This document shows, piece after piece, positions 26,840 through 39,440 of a stretch of DNA of 64,000 nucleotides. The stretch is from contig JASCQW010000072.1 of the NCBI GenBank assembly GCA_030264375.1, positions 81,284,119 through 81,348,118 of the forward strand, read 5' to 3'. The notes under the pieces were generated by a model. It saw nothing but the letters and a program-made list of their open reading frames with translations, did no database searches and was not told the DNA's origin. Source of the DNA: Carcharhinus longimanus. Its lineage: Eukaryota. The translations under genes and the position numbers were made by a program. Numbering within the stretch: the first letter of the stretch is position 1; each line of letters begins with the position of its first letter.

Positions 26840-27326
26840 CTAATACGGACAGGAAGCAGAGTGGACAGAGAATGAGTCAGCCCTAATTGAAGATTGGAGT
26901 AAAGTAGTTATGCTGCTACAGCGCGACAGTGCACACCTAAAGAACCCTTTCTTCCAAAGCTCAAAAAAAAACAGCAAAAGGAGATTAAGCAGTCAGAAAA
27001 ATTCTGTCAAAATCCAAATTACAAGATCAGACAACCATTTCGTAAAGTTAGTTCTGCTACACGGTGTTGCGGAGGGAATGCTTGTACAGGCCTCAACGAG
27101 CAACTCTCTGCTATTCCACACATGAGGATCAAATGAGGAAGGATTTTCAGCTGTGAACGTCAAGCAAGGTATAGAAGGGTTGTTCATCTCCATGGGGTCA
27201 AGCTGTTCATGGGGTTGCAGAGGGATTGGGAGTGGGTGTGAGTGGATGATTGGTTGGATGGGTAGGAAACAGAGGAGGGAAGCATTTTACATACTATAGA
27301 CAACCAAATCATCGAAAGAAACTCAC

Positions 27327-27458
27327 TTGAGTGAAAGTCGTGGGTCACCATAAGGTGCATAAGGCGAAATGTTTAGAATGAACTCCTTTGGAGGGTAGGA
27401 ACTCCATTTCTTTTGCACTGTGCTGTCATTGTTATTCCAAAAGTCTTTGTCAAGATCA
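27327..27458 (-). CDS. SYT7: Synaptotagmin-7 linker cassette exon (132 nt, 44 codons; (N)DLDKDFWNNNDSTVQKKWSSYPPKEFILNISPYAPYGDPRLSL)
   Basis: Acceptor ctgctgctctag|TGATCTTGAC and donor CTCAA|gtgagt; phase 2/2. Nearly identical to the remembered 44-aa mammalian insert DLDRDFWNNNESTVQQKWSSYPPKEFILNISPYAPYGDPRLSL. Confidence 0.95.
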
Positions 27459-30149
27459 CTAGAGCAGCAGAGAGAGAAGAAAAGAGGGAAACACAACAGA
27501 AGCTGAAATATGAAAAAATGACTGTTAAATTTTGGAGTTTATTTTTCTTATCACTGTAGGCGAATAGCAGGTCGGGTGGTGATAAAATTCACCTTCAGAT
27601 CGAGCATCATTAAGCATCTGAATTCAATGGGGATTAACAGTCTAGCAGTGTTATTTTCCAAATCTTTGGGAAACTTAAAATCATAATTTTCTCTAAAAGC
27701 TTGGCTTAAAGAAAATAAATTGGCTTAAAGAAAAGACCACATGCATCAGTGGACTTAAGGACATTAGCATTCTGCTAAGTGAGAGATACTGCAAGGAGAA
27801 AAAGAGCTAGAATATGTTAGTCAGGAGCAAGTCAAGTTAGGCTCAATAAAAATGGCTTCCTTTGATGACTCTTTTGCAAAGCTCACAGTAATTGAACTAA
27901 AATTAATACTGACTGAGGACATGATGGGATTGAAGTAGTGTGAATACATTATGAACACATACTACATACCCAGTGAATGGGGCACTGTTTTCTTAAAACA
28001 TAGCTAGAGGACAGAGGAAAGCCTAATGTATGATACCTCTGGGTGGTTTAGCAGATTCTAAGACCCTTCTGCAACTATGCTTATAAACACCACTTCTGCT
28101 GATCTTTCTTTCACAGGACATGATTTATATTTTAAATACAACATTTGATTGGTAAGTCGAGCAGTGATGCATAACTTACAGCAGAAACCTCAGGTCTCAC
28201 TGACCATCTATATACCTTGAACTGTCTAATTAATCACACATGATATAAAGTGACTGGATTAAAAAGAACGTAATCCATGTACTTGAATGAGAGGGAGAGG
28301 GGAAGAGATGTCATCAAACAAGTGTAGGTAGACAGCAGTGTACTTCACCAAATTTCTAAAAAGTGCAGTGAGCTGTAATAGACATTACTGTGAATCAGGT
28401 AAAGCTAGTTACAGGAATCATTCCACTCTGAGAAATGCCGTTTAAATTCATTTATCTAAGATCATAATCTAAATAAATCATTCCAAGATACCATGTTGAA
28501 TTCTATCTTGTAACAAAACAATTATGTTTCCGAAACGTACCAACTAATCTTAATCCTTCTCAGTACTACGGAAAGGTTTATTTATAGTGTTTTGAAAGTA
28601 TCTAGAATTTGTTTCTCCAAAGCATTTTTGGCTTGTGATTGTCACCCCACTTAGTCCTCTAGCAAGTTTTAGAACACTGAAGTTGAGACAACTATTGGAC
28701 TCTGCGGCAGACTGGGTAAATTTTTGGAAAATAATTTTCATTGTATTTTACTGAGACCAGCCAACAATAACAACATAAAGATGATGGATTGAATTTATTA
28801 TTTGGGGTCAATTCCCCTCTAATGGGATCGAGTCACCCAGTACTATCTTTGTGGGATTGATTGACTAATGGCTAGACAGGGGCAACTGTGATCCAATTAA
28901 GCATGAGCAGGCTCCCATCACTGGTGGACAACAAGGGGCTCGCTACCATTCAGAGAGCTGAAACCTGCTAATGGAGGTGAGGGACAAAGAGGGTATCTCA
29001 GGATGGTGCGCCCAATCGGCACTATTAGAATTGTTGAATGGTCCAGCTGCCAGATCACCATTATGGGGGGAGTAATTAACTGTTCAAAGGACAAGCTGTG
29101 GATATGGGGGAAAGGTGGAATGTTTTTTTAAAAAAAGATAATTTGGGGCTATGGGCCAGCATCTGCTTGTTTTTCAGCCACTGTGGAGGGGGTTTTTCTG
29201 GGGGGAGGTGGGGGTCCATCTGACTAGCAACTGGAAAATTCCAGTAGGTGAGGGAGAGCAGGCTTTATAATGTGCTACCCACCTCTTGTGGAAGGTAGCT
29301 GTTGCGCTTCAGATGCAGTCACTTTGTAAATGGCTTGGAGATAGGAAGGTGCGGCAAACCGGAATCCTGCTCTCCCAGGGTGACTGTTCTGCCAGCTTAG
29401 CTCTGGCCCTGTCCCCATCAGGCTTCAAACTCACTGACACCGGAAAACACAGCAACAACCTACCAGATTGAATGAATGCATTTACCTTTCTGCAAAGAAA
29501 TGTTGCATTTACTATAGTGAGGAATGTCAGAGTGCAATGGATTTTTTTATCTGCCATTTTTGACATTAAGTTTTACAAAATCATTTATAAAAGTTTAAGT
29601 GCAAGAAAATCTCCATCTGTTCTATCTTATCAAGCAGTTCCACATCAAAAGTGAAACATGTTAGGAGCAACATATCCGCGTCCATGACACTACCTATGGA
29701 ATGCACCAAGTTAAGGTACAGCAGAGTAAATCTCCCTCTGCAGTATGTTATCAAGAACATTACAGCAAGCAAATAAAATATTCAGTCAGAGTAAAGATCC
29801 ATTGGTCCTGCCCCATAAAACAACTCCAGGTCAGGTATAACATTGGATTAAAAGCAGTGTAAACATCAATGCATGACTTGATAGGGTATAGAAAGGTTTT
29901 AAATTCTTGGGTATTCGAAGAAAGTTCTACAGGTGCCACAGTTTCAGCCAAACCAAGTCTGTACTCTTGGATTGAGAATGAATAGAACAAGAAAAATTTA
30001 AAATACTAAGGCAGAGGGAGGAACAATTCTTAAATTTATTGAGGAGGGTTTAATGATAAGTACTGATTCTGATTAAGAAAGTTCAAGGGGTGAAACTGAA
30101 ATGTAGGAGGAGTGTTTAGGAGGCGAACAATGGGGTAAAAGAAATAAAA

Positions 30150-30860
30150 GAACATAAGAACAGCAATAGGCCATTTAGCATCTTCAGCCTAAATCACCAT
30201 TCAATGAGAACATGGCTTATCTGTGATTTAACTCCATATTCCTTTGCCCCACATCCCTTAAAAGATTTGGATAACAAAAGATTTGAAAATTACAATTGAT
30301 CTAACATCAATTTCAGCTTTTGGAGGGGAGTTTCAAACTCCTATCACCCTTTGCATGTAGAACAATTTCCTAATTTCACTTCCAAAAGGACTGGCTTTAG
30401 TCTGTCCCTTCTGGTATTTAACTGCCCAGCCACTGAAAATAGTTTTTCACCATCTACCCTGTCTATTCTCCTCAGTATCTTCAAAACTGTGATTAAAACA
30501 CTGCAAAATTGTCTTAATTCTAAGCCCTTCTACCTTGCTCACAATTCAATCTTTGGAGCTCAGGTATCATTCTGGTAAGCTGACTTTGCACTTTCTCGAA
30601 GGCCAAGTTCTGTGGTGCCTGGAACTGCTCACCTAAAGGATGATTTTAGACCATAAAACCATTATGCATAAGAGCAGAAGTAGGCCACTCACCCCATCGA
30701 GTCTGTTCCACCATTCAATGATCTCATGACTGATCTGATGTGATAATCCTCAACCCCAAATTCTTCCCTTATCCTCATAACCCTTGATTCCCTTATGGAT
30801 TAAAAATCTATGTCAGCCTTAAACATACTTAATGATGCAGCCTCTGTAGCCCTCTACAGT
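30150..30860 (-). mobile_element. Two adjacent CR1 3'-end fragments (about 30150-30630 and 30655-30860)
   Basis: gaacataagaa...taggccattt and cataagagcagaagtaggccactc...ccaccattcaatg are antisense CR1 tails. Confidence 0.75.
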
Positions 30861-31289
30861 AAAAGCCCACACCATCACGCTGGCAGAGCAGGTGTCCCAA
30901 TCTGCAATTTAAACAATTACATTGCCCATTCCCCCTCCACCACCAACACGAAGAAGGGCAACCAAAGGATAAGGGGAACCCCACCCCAAAGGAGCTTCCC
31001 AGAAGAGACACTTGGCACTTCCTCAGCAGGTTTCCTTTGCCTGCAACCTGCTTTTGAAAAGCAGTTGTCACATTGGCAGTGGGATGGGGTGATAGGGAGG
31101 GGAGATGGGGATGCTGCGATATGGCAGGAAAGCACACTAATTATATTAACATTTATTGAAATTGGACTCCTGATTTTCCCGGGCAGGACCCTCAGTATGG
31201 CACTGGCGAGGGGGGGGAAGAATCCAAAAACAACATCTCGCTGTTTGTGCTCGCGGTAAATGTGGGCTCAAAATTGCAGCATCTAGCAA

Positions 31290-32100
31290 TTTACTGACAA
31301 TAGATGTTAATATAATTGGTCTATAATTCCCAAGTTTCTCTCCGTCACATTTCTTAAGAAATGGAATATTAGGTGCAATTTTCCAATGTGAAGTAAGTGA
31401 TTGTTAATCAAGAGATCTTTGGAAAATTATAGTTAGGACATCTGCAATATTCTCATCTACATCCCCAGCATGGTGGCACAGTGGTTAGCACTGCTGCTGC
31501 ACAATGCCAGGGACCCAGGTTCAATTCCAGCCTGTGCGGAGTTTGCACTTTGACTGCGTGGGTTTCATGCGGGTGCTCTGGTTTCCTCCCACAGTCCAAA
31601 GATGTGTGGGTTAGGTTGATTGGCCATGCTATATTGGCCCTAGTGTCGGGGGATTAGCAGGGTAAATGAGGGTCATGGGAATAGGGCCTGGATGGTGGTC
31701 AATACAGATTCAATGGGCCAAATGGCCTCCTTCTGAACTGTAGGGATTCTATGATACTTCCTTTAATCCTTGGAATGGAAACCATCTGTTCCTGGGTGTT
31801 TGTCAAAGTGCCATTATTTTCTTTACATTAACTTGAGTGAGTCCTTGTACCTAATTCAATATTTGTTTCTTTGGGATATCTGGCATACTGACCCATTTCT
31901 CCACTATTAATCTGAAGCAAACAATTATTTCGCATGTCACTAATTTCCTTATTCATTGTGATCAGTTTCAAGGGGTCCACACTCCTCCTGACCAAGCTCT
32001 TTTTCTTCATATAATTGTAAAAACCCGTGTGATTTAATATTCCTTACAAGTTTCCTTTTGTTGTTCTCACAATCTGTTTTATCACCCTTTCCTGCTCATT
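31290..32100 (-). mobile_element. Decayed CR1 ORF2 fragment interrupted by a SINE
   Basis: taattggtctataattccc is the reverse of the GNYRPI motif and resembles 314-332. ccatctgttcctgg is the reverse of PG-DG. Confidence 0.7.
31467..31754 (+). mobile_element. V-SINE (HE1-like) nested in CR1
   Basis: Same A/B boxes, body and tail as 15938-16260. Candidate TSD tacatcc (31458-31464) / tacttcc (31755-31761). Confidence 0.88.
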
Positions 32101-32257
32101 CCATTCAGATCTATACACAGTTTCATAAAAACCTTATGACCCTGAGGATTTTGAAAGAGAGAAACCAAGTTCTCTGACTTTGATGTAACCTGGTTGCAAA
32201 AAAAAATTTCACCCATTCCTTTAAAAAAACTGCCTTCCTCCATCTGCACAGAATCTT

Positions 32258-34810
32258 AGGGCCCAATTTTCCAATCATCCCTGTGGCATGTGTAATGACA
32301 GATGGGAGCGGGGGCTGGCAAGACAACGTGGCAGGAGCTGAAAATCAGTTCCTCATAGGCACAAAATGGTGGTGCAAACATGTGCTTCCTCCCATCATGT
32401 CAGGTCACCATTCCCACCAGAGGCCTACATCAAACTGTTTTGCATCCCGTTAATGGATGCAGAAGACGACCCAACAGGAACCCACCCCATCCCACCGAAT
32501 CATCTGCACTGCCAGTGGGATCACAAACCGATCCAGAACACACCTGCCGCAACCATGACATGCCTATGTTGGGACTAATCTGGAAGAAGGCCTGGAGCAG
32601 CCTGTGGAGGTCAGTAGATGAAGGCTTCCAGTCGACCATGGACCCTGGAACGTTGCATGTGGTAGTGGGTGTGGAACATCAACCACATGGAGTTTCCCAC
32701 AGCTTCCATTTGGTGTGGATGGTCACGGGATGGAAGAGGGGAAATGGATTCAGAGGGAGTAGGGGATGAGGGGAGGGGCATGCTGAGCAAATTAGCAGGC
32801 AGAGATGGTGTGCAGCGGCAGCCGGGTAGGGTTGGTGGATGAGGTTACAGCGATGATGTGTGAAGGGGCACTGATGATTGTTAGATGAGATATGGAAGAA
32901 GGCCCAGTTTCTAGGATCAACTGAATGAAGAGAAGCAGATCTACTGTCACAGAATGGGTGGGATCTTTGGGAAGTTAGGGAACATGGACATTCATCTGCA
33001 GGATGGTGACAGAGCGGGTGAAGCGTAACTGTGGGAAGTTCCCATGCTATACTTATGGGTCAAAGGTTATGGAGGGTAGATTGTAGGTCATGGGGGAAAA
33101 GGTATTGGACTGCACATCAAAGGTTACATAAACCATGACCACATGCAAAAATGAAGTTGGTTAAGATCTCAAGATGTTGCATGGGAGTTGGATCAGTGGG
33201 GGCAGTGGAGCAGCAGGTCAGCTCAACTGGACAACTGAAGGGGTTCCTCAGCCTGTATTAATTACAATGCCAGGGTGATGAAACAGATGACCATTGAATG
33301 AAAAAGGCTCATGTGTGGGAGACGACTTGTACATGGCTCCCATGTACCCCAGCCTGGGGTATCCCTATGAAGATTGCTGGTTGTGGAGGGGGCGTGTATG
33401 TGGTGTGGGTGCTGTGTGTGTGTTGAGTGAGTGTTGTGTATGTCTGGTGAGTGAGTGTTGTGTGTGTGTGTGTGGTGAGTGAGTGTTGTGTGTGTACGAT
33501 GAGTGAGTGTTGTTTGTGTATGTGTTGAGTGAGTATTGTGTGTGTGTGTGTGTGTGTTGAGTGTGTGTGTTGTGTGAGTGTTGAGTGAGTGTTGTGTGTA
33601 TGTGTTGAGTGAGTGTTGTGTGTGTTGAGTTAGTGTTGTGTGTGTGTGCATGTGTTGAGTGAGTGTTGTTTGTGTGTGTGTGTGTGTCTGAGTGAATATG
33701 TGTGTGACTGAGTGAATGTGTGTGTGTCTGTGTACGTGTTGAGTGAGTGTTTTGTGTGTGTGTGTGTGTTGAGTGAGGGTTCTGTTTGTGTTGAGTACTG
33801 CTGTTTCTATGTGTGTGTAAGTGTTGAGTGAGTATTGTTTGTGTGTGTTGAGTGATTGTTATGTGTGTATGTTGTGTGATTGTGTGTGTATGTTGAGAGA
33901 GTGTTGTGTATGTCTGTTGAGTGGATGTTGTGTGCGTGTTGAGTGAGTGTTGTTTGTGTGTGTGTGTCTGAGTGTGTGTANNNNNNNNNNNNNNNNNNNN
34001 NNNNNNNNNNNNNNNNNNNNNNNNNNNNNNNNNNNNNNNNNNNNNNNNNNNNNNNNNNNNNNNNNNNNNNNNNNNNNNNNAAATAAGCCATATCAGGCCA
34101 CGTTAAAGTACAAATGTGCTCTACTAAAAATCTCTGCAAAGGATCATAGTGAACCCCGCCTCTCCACAACCCACCCCTCATTCCCACCAACAGACTAGAT
34201 GATCTGCAGTGGAGCTATGACACGTCACCTAATTACATTGATTAGCTCTTTTATGCATGGGTCGCACAGATTGTGCATTTGCCACGGAGGCCCATGTTCT
34301 CCCTACCATTCAGGGAGACGAGTGTCAGCAGTTTAGGATTCTTTTAACTTGGTGGAGCAGATAAGGTCAGTAATGCATTATTCCTCTGGTGGCAGCCCTG
34401 GGCACTCACCCTGGAGACCTTTTCCCATGCAAGGTTGGCCTGGCGGCTCAGCCTTCTCCTTGCATCCTTACGGCACAGGAAGCCTGTCCTAACCTCCTTT
34501 GCACTGAGCAGCACATTGATGGAAGCATCACTGAATCTTGGGAATAGAGAGCTCCCTGTGATTGGCAGACTATTCTCCCCTACAACGTTGGGGAAATTGA
34601 TGTCTGGGTGCCTCAATATAGATCTGGGTATGACCATAGGCACATGCCATGCCATCCAGCCCACCCCACTGCGCAAAACGAGGGGCATCCCCAACTGCAT
34701 AATTAATTAAGCCAATATTGTGCAATTTAGCCTGAGTTTCCACTGACGTTCACAGTGGAGAGCACTCCCGGTTCCCGTCCCCACCACAGAGTTTAGACCT
34801 GGACATTCCA
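32258..34810. mobile_element. Harbinger/PIF-like DNA transposon relic with a Myb/SANT-like ORF remnant (34344-34580, minus)
   Basis: PRFSDASINVLLSAKEVRTGFL...ANLAWEKVSRVSA resembles the Myb/SANT-like DNA-binding domain of Harbinger ORF2. The left end gggcccaattttcc resembles the local MITE TIRs. Boundaries are approximate. Confidence 0.6.
33395..33980. repeat. Complex GT-rich satellite with a recurring GTTGAGTGAGTGTT(GT)n unit, ending at an assembly gap
   Basis: Directly visible; it explains the HT-rich ORFs here. Confidence 0.92.
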
Positions 34811-35291
34811 CCCACAGAATTTTACTGCACATAAGGTCATATGACTTGTTTGTGCATGCACCAACTCTGAATAAGCGAACAACTGTAAGTTCAACATTTT
34901 TCATTTCATTTATCTACTTTTAAAAGAAACATGCATTTATCAATATTTCTGATGCCATTCTATGTCCTAACAAGTGCTTACATTCTCTAAACCTCTGTGA
35001 TTTATCTTTTGGGGACCATAAATTTACTGACTCACATTCAGTGGCAACATTTGTTCCCAGTTTATCTGATCAAAAGCCTTGGTAAATTTGACACAGATAC
35101 GGTAATAGATGTATCGCCAGAACAATCTAATACTGAACAAAAAGCAACACATTTCATTGAATAAGAAATTGGCTGGGCTTCAAACAGATTATATGGAATT
35201 CTGGTTCACTCATGATGCAAGTCTGAACCTACGGCTCCTCTTGACTGATTACGACTGCAACAACACATCAAGAGAGTAAAAAACGTATAGA

Positions 35292-36617
35292 ATTTTAGAC
35301 TATACATGTCAGCATTTAATTTTGCCTCAAAATACTTGGTAAATAATTTACTTATGTACAACCATAACTTTGAACACAATCTATATTGTGTTTAAAAACA
35401 GTATAGTGTTAATTCTAACCCTATCTCACAGTCCCTATCAATCGGTGAAGACTGTCAATGTTGGTGAGCTGTGCTTCACTTTCATAGGCAGAGAGGATAT
35501 TGAAACATCACAAAGCAATAATTGTGTTGGTCTGTAAGGTGAAAACTGGCAGCAAGTACTAATGTATTGATCCCTATTTCTGCTACTTTGGACTTCTTTC
35601 TAACACTCCCATAGAGTTAGCATATGTACTCATTACAATCATTCACTAAGCACTAGGAAGAGCCTGAATTGGGTTTAGAGAAGGCCAGTGAACGAACTCC
35701 TCATTCACGTGCTCTAATACCAATGATCTGTAGTGTTGCAAGGCTAATGGATTCCCACATATGCACAAAGGGCTCTCAGGGCATTCCATCTATGAGGCCC
35801 AAAGCCCTGGAAAAGTGTCAGAGGAGGATCCTACCTAGTTTAGAATAATTCAGTTTTAATGATAAACTCAAAAGAGCTGGGTCTATTTACTGTTGATTGA
35901 AATATTTAAAATGAAGAAGGGACAACACATGGACAGGCTATTTAAGTTAGTTAAAACAGGGAGAATAAGGGAACATGTAAAGTAAGTATGTAAGCACAGA
36001 AGTAGGTTAGGGGGTTTCTCTTTCCTCTGAGGATCAAATTAATTCACTATATTTGAGCACGATGAGGACTACTTTCCCAGGCACCCCCATTTCAGATACT
36101 GATCTGGAAAAAACATAGTTAAATCCCCATCATTCTGTAGCTTTGAAGGGATATTGTTTAAAAACGGCTGAAATATTGGTACACATATTTGACTCACATG
36201 GAAGTTAGAAACAGGGAATAGAGAACTTGGGTCTTATGCGACACAGGCCAGAATTTTATCGCCACGCCTGCCACGGGAATCGGAGCTGGTGACGGCAGAA
36301 CATGGAAAGGTGTGTTGACTTTGGGTGGGGTTTTATGGTTTCAGGATGAGTGCGCTATAAATTCCTGAACTATGATCTATTATTAAGTCAGTAAATACAT
36401 GCTGAACGAAAAGAGTTGTTCTGACAGGCCAACTGACATTTTGCACTTTCTGATTATTTTAGAAAAAAGTCTTAATCTAGTTCCCTGTCTATTTTAGACT
36501 ATACATGTCAGCATTTAATTTTGCCTCAAAATATTTGGTAAATAATTTACTTATGTACAACCATAACTTTGAACACAATCTATACTGTGTTTAAAAACAA
36601 TATAGTGTTAATTCTAA
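35292..36617. repeat. 127-bp direct repeat pair (35292-35418 and 36491-36617) with 3 mismatches
   Basis: attttagactatacatgtcagc...tatagtgttaattctaa occurs twice, 1199 bp apart. Confidence 0.95.
36246..36368. mobile_element. About 120-bp MITE-like element; relatives at 42449-42570 and 52758-52880
   Basis: Imperfect TIRs (gaatttt...aaattcc) and a shared interior gggaatcg-agctgg...aaagg...gttgac...ggg-tttt. Confidence 0.6.
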
Positions 36618-36759
36618 AGTAGATCCAATTTTGTAGTCATATGTGTATATAGAGATTATGATGTTTGCATTTACTTAATGTTTTACTAATTCAATTAGAT
36701 ATTACATAGCTGGTTATTAACAAACTGGCTTCGCTTCATAATCTGATAACTGCCATCTC

Positions 36760-38910
36760 AGAGTACCTAAGGAAGTAATCCTAGAAATAATGGATACATT
36801 GGTGGTCATCTTCCAATAGTCCATAGACTCTGGAACAGTTCCTACAGATTGGAGGGTAGCTAATGGTAAACTAACTATTTAAAAAGGGAAGTAGAGGGAA
36901 AACAGGGAACTAAAGACCAATCAACTTGGTGTCAATAGGGGGAAAATGCTAGAATCCATTATAAAAGATTTAATAGCAGAGCAATTGGAAAACAGTGGCA
37001 GAATCAGACAGAATCAGCACGGATTTACAAGAGGGAAATCATGCTTGACAAATCTACTAGAATTCCTTGAGGACGTAACTAATGGACTTAATGAAGGGAG
37101 CCAGTGGGTGTCGTTTATTTGGACTTTCAGAAGACTTTCAACAAGGTCCCACAAAAGAGATTAGTGTGTAAAAGTAAGGTGCATGGGATTAGGGGTGGTG
37201 TATTGAGATAGATAGAGAACTGGTTGGTGGACAGAAAACAAAAAGTAGAAATAAACAGTTTTTTTTCCAAATGGCAAGCAGTAACTAGAGGAGTACGGCA
37301 GGGATCACAGCTAGGACTCCAGCAACTCACAATGTATATTAGTAATTTAGATAAGAGAACTGAATACAATATCTCCAAATTTACAGATGACACAAAGTTG
37401 GATGGGAGAATGAGCTGTAGAGGATGCAGAGATCCTTCAGTGGGATTTGGACAAATTGAATGAGTGGGCAAATACAATATAACATCAATAACTGTGAGGT
37501 TATCAACTTTAGTAACAAAAACAGAAGGCAGATTATTATCTGAATCACTAAAGATTGAGTGAGGGGAATATGCAATGAGACCTAGGTGTCTTGATACACC
37601 AGTCGCTGAAAGTAAGCATACAGATACAGCAGGTGGTAATGAAGACAAATGGTACGTTGGCCTTCATAGTGAGAAGATTTGAGTACAAGAGCAGGGATGC
37701 CTTGCTGCAGTTATTGAGTCTCCTAGTTTTGGTGTGCAGTTTTGGTCTCCTATCTGAGGAAAGATGTTCTTGTTATGTAAATAGTGCAGCAAAAGTTTAC
37801 CAGATTGATTCTTGTGATGGTGGGACTGATGTTTGAGGAGAGATGGAGTCGATAAAGATTACATTCACTGCAGTTTAGAAGATCGAGTGGGGATTTCATA
37901 GAAGCCTATAAAATTCTAACAGGGCCAGAAAGGATAGATGCAAGAAGGATGTCCCTGATGGCAGGGGAGTCTAGAGCCAAAGTCTGAGGATATGGGTAGG
38001 CCATTTAGGACTGAGATGAGGAAAAAATTTATCACCTAGACTGTGTTGTGTCTGTGGGACTCTCTATCACAGAAAGCAGTTGAGGCCAAAACATTAAGTC
38101 TATGACTCTATGGGACGAGCATGAAAATGGGAGAGTTTTAGATTTTTTTTTGATGAATCCAAATGTTGAATCTTATGCACTTTGTGATGAAAAAAATCCT
38201 GAAATCTGATTCTCACCAGCTGGGGAAGTAGATAGGGCTTAAATTGCCAAAAAGCCGGCCAGCAGCAGCAGAGTCCACAAGTGCGCATGTGCACATCTCT
38301 GCTCTGAGAGCAGCAGAGACCTGTCAAACATCCATGTGAGATAAAGCTGGCCTTCATGGCCTAATCCCAGCAATCCACCACCACCCCGCAACCCCGGCTA
38401 TCCCGGGACCCAGTGGCTGATTGTGAGCCCCCCCTAGCCCGGCCCATTGATTAAATGATTCTCGCCAGAAAGAACCTCTCTCAGTGAGGCCACATGGGCA
38501 AGTGAGCCTGGACGATACTGTACCAGGCTTGCTAATTCCATTCAAATTAACATTAAAGTAAATTAAAATTATTTATTCGGCCTTGCATCGGAAATGGGCA
38601 AGAGACTGATTGGGCCGGATATCCGGTGCCGGTGAGATCACAAGAGGTGAGAAATCAGGCACAAACCTGCTTCCCCGGCTCTCTTGTGATCTTACTGGCT
38701 TACCTCGCCTATTGGATTGCCCCCCCTCCCCCAACTATTGCGTGTTTTCAAGAAGAAGATGTAGCTCTTGGGGCTAAAGGGATCAAAGGATATGGAGGGG
38801 GGTGGTTAGCGGGAAGTGGGAACAGGCTACTGAGCTGGTTGATCTGCCATGATCATAAATAAATGGTGGAGCAGGCTTGAAGGGCTGAAGGTCTGTCCTG
38901 TTTTCTTTGT
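36760..38910 (+). mobile_element. CR1 LINE 3' portion (decayed RT to tail), interrupted at about 38096-38736
   Basis: QHGFTRGKSCLTNLLEF, KFTDDTKL and GVRQGSQLG motifs. The 3' UTR resumes at about 38737 (gtgttttcaagaa...gagcaggcttgaagggctgaa). Confidence 0.9.
38096..38736. mobile_element. GC-rich MITE-like insertion nested in CR1
   Basis: Splits the CR1 3' end. Internal inverted segments tgattctcaccagc (about 38207) and gccggtgagatca (about 38628). Confidence 0.55.
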
Positions 38911-39029
38911 TTCGTCTGGCTATGTATGGATAAAGTATTAATTAACCATTTCATGCTCGATGCTGGACCTTTTGACATTATTTATTTTCAAGTATGGTGC
39001 TGTATTATTTGCACTGCCCTCAAAATTCT

Positions 39030-39440
39030 GGAAACAATGGAATAGGAGTAGGAAATTCTTCAGTTCTCTGGCTTCCTTTCCAATTGAAGCCGGTTTGGAA
39101 GATTATGGACAGTAACTCTGCAATTTCCACCCTTGCTCAGCAAATTTTAATATGTGGCTTTCTATTCCATCACCTAAACAATTGATAAATATGGTGAATA
39201 GTTGAAGCCCCAACACAATTCCTTGTGAGGCATGACCAGTCACACTGTGCCAGTTAGTGTACTTTCCTGTTATTCCTACTCTCTATCTCCAGCTATTCAG
39301 CCAGTTTCTAACCAGGTCAAAAATTTCCTTTCAATTTTACAAACTTCAACATTAACTAACAATATCTTATGAGTAATTTTATCAAATGGCTTTTGGAAAT
39401 GCAAATAATTATCACCCATAGACATTCCATTGTCCTCCAC
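39030..39440 (-). mobile_element. Decayed CR1 RT fragment
   Basis: ttttatcaaatggcttttggaaat is the reverse of FQKPFDK; further antisense RT-like segments follow. Confidence 0.6.

Noticed and set aside
33262-34198. His/Thr-rich and Cys/Val-rich ORFs
   Set aside because: Translations of the GT satellite and the adjacent gap.
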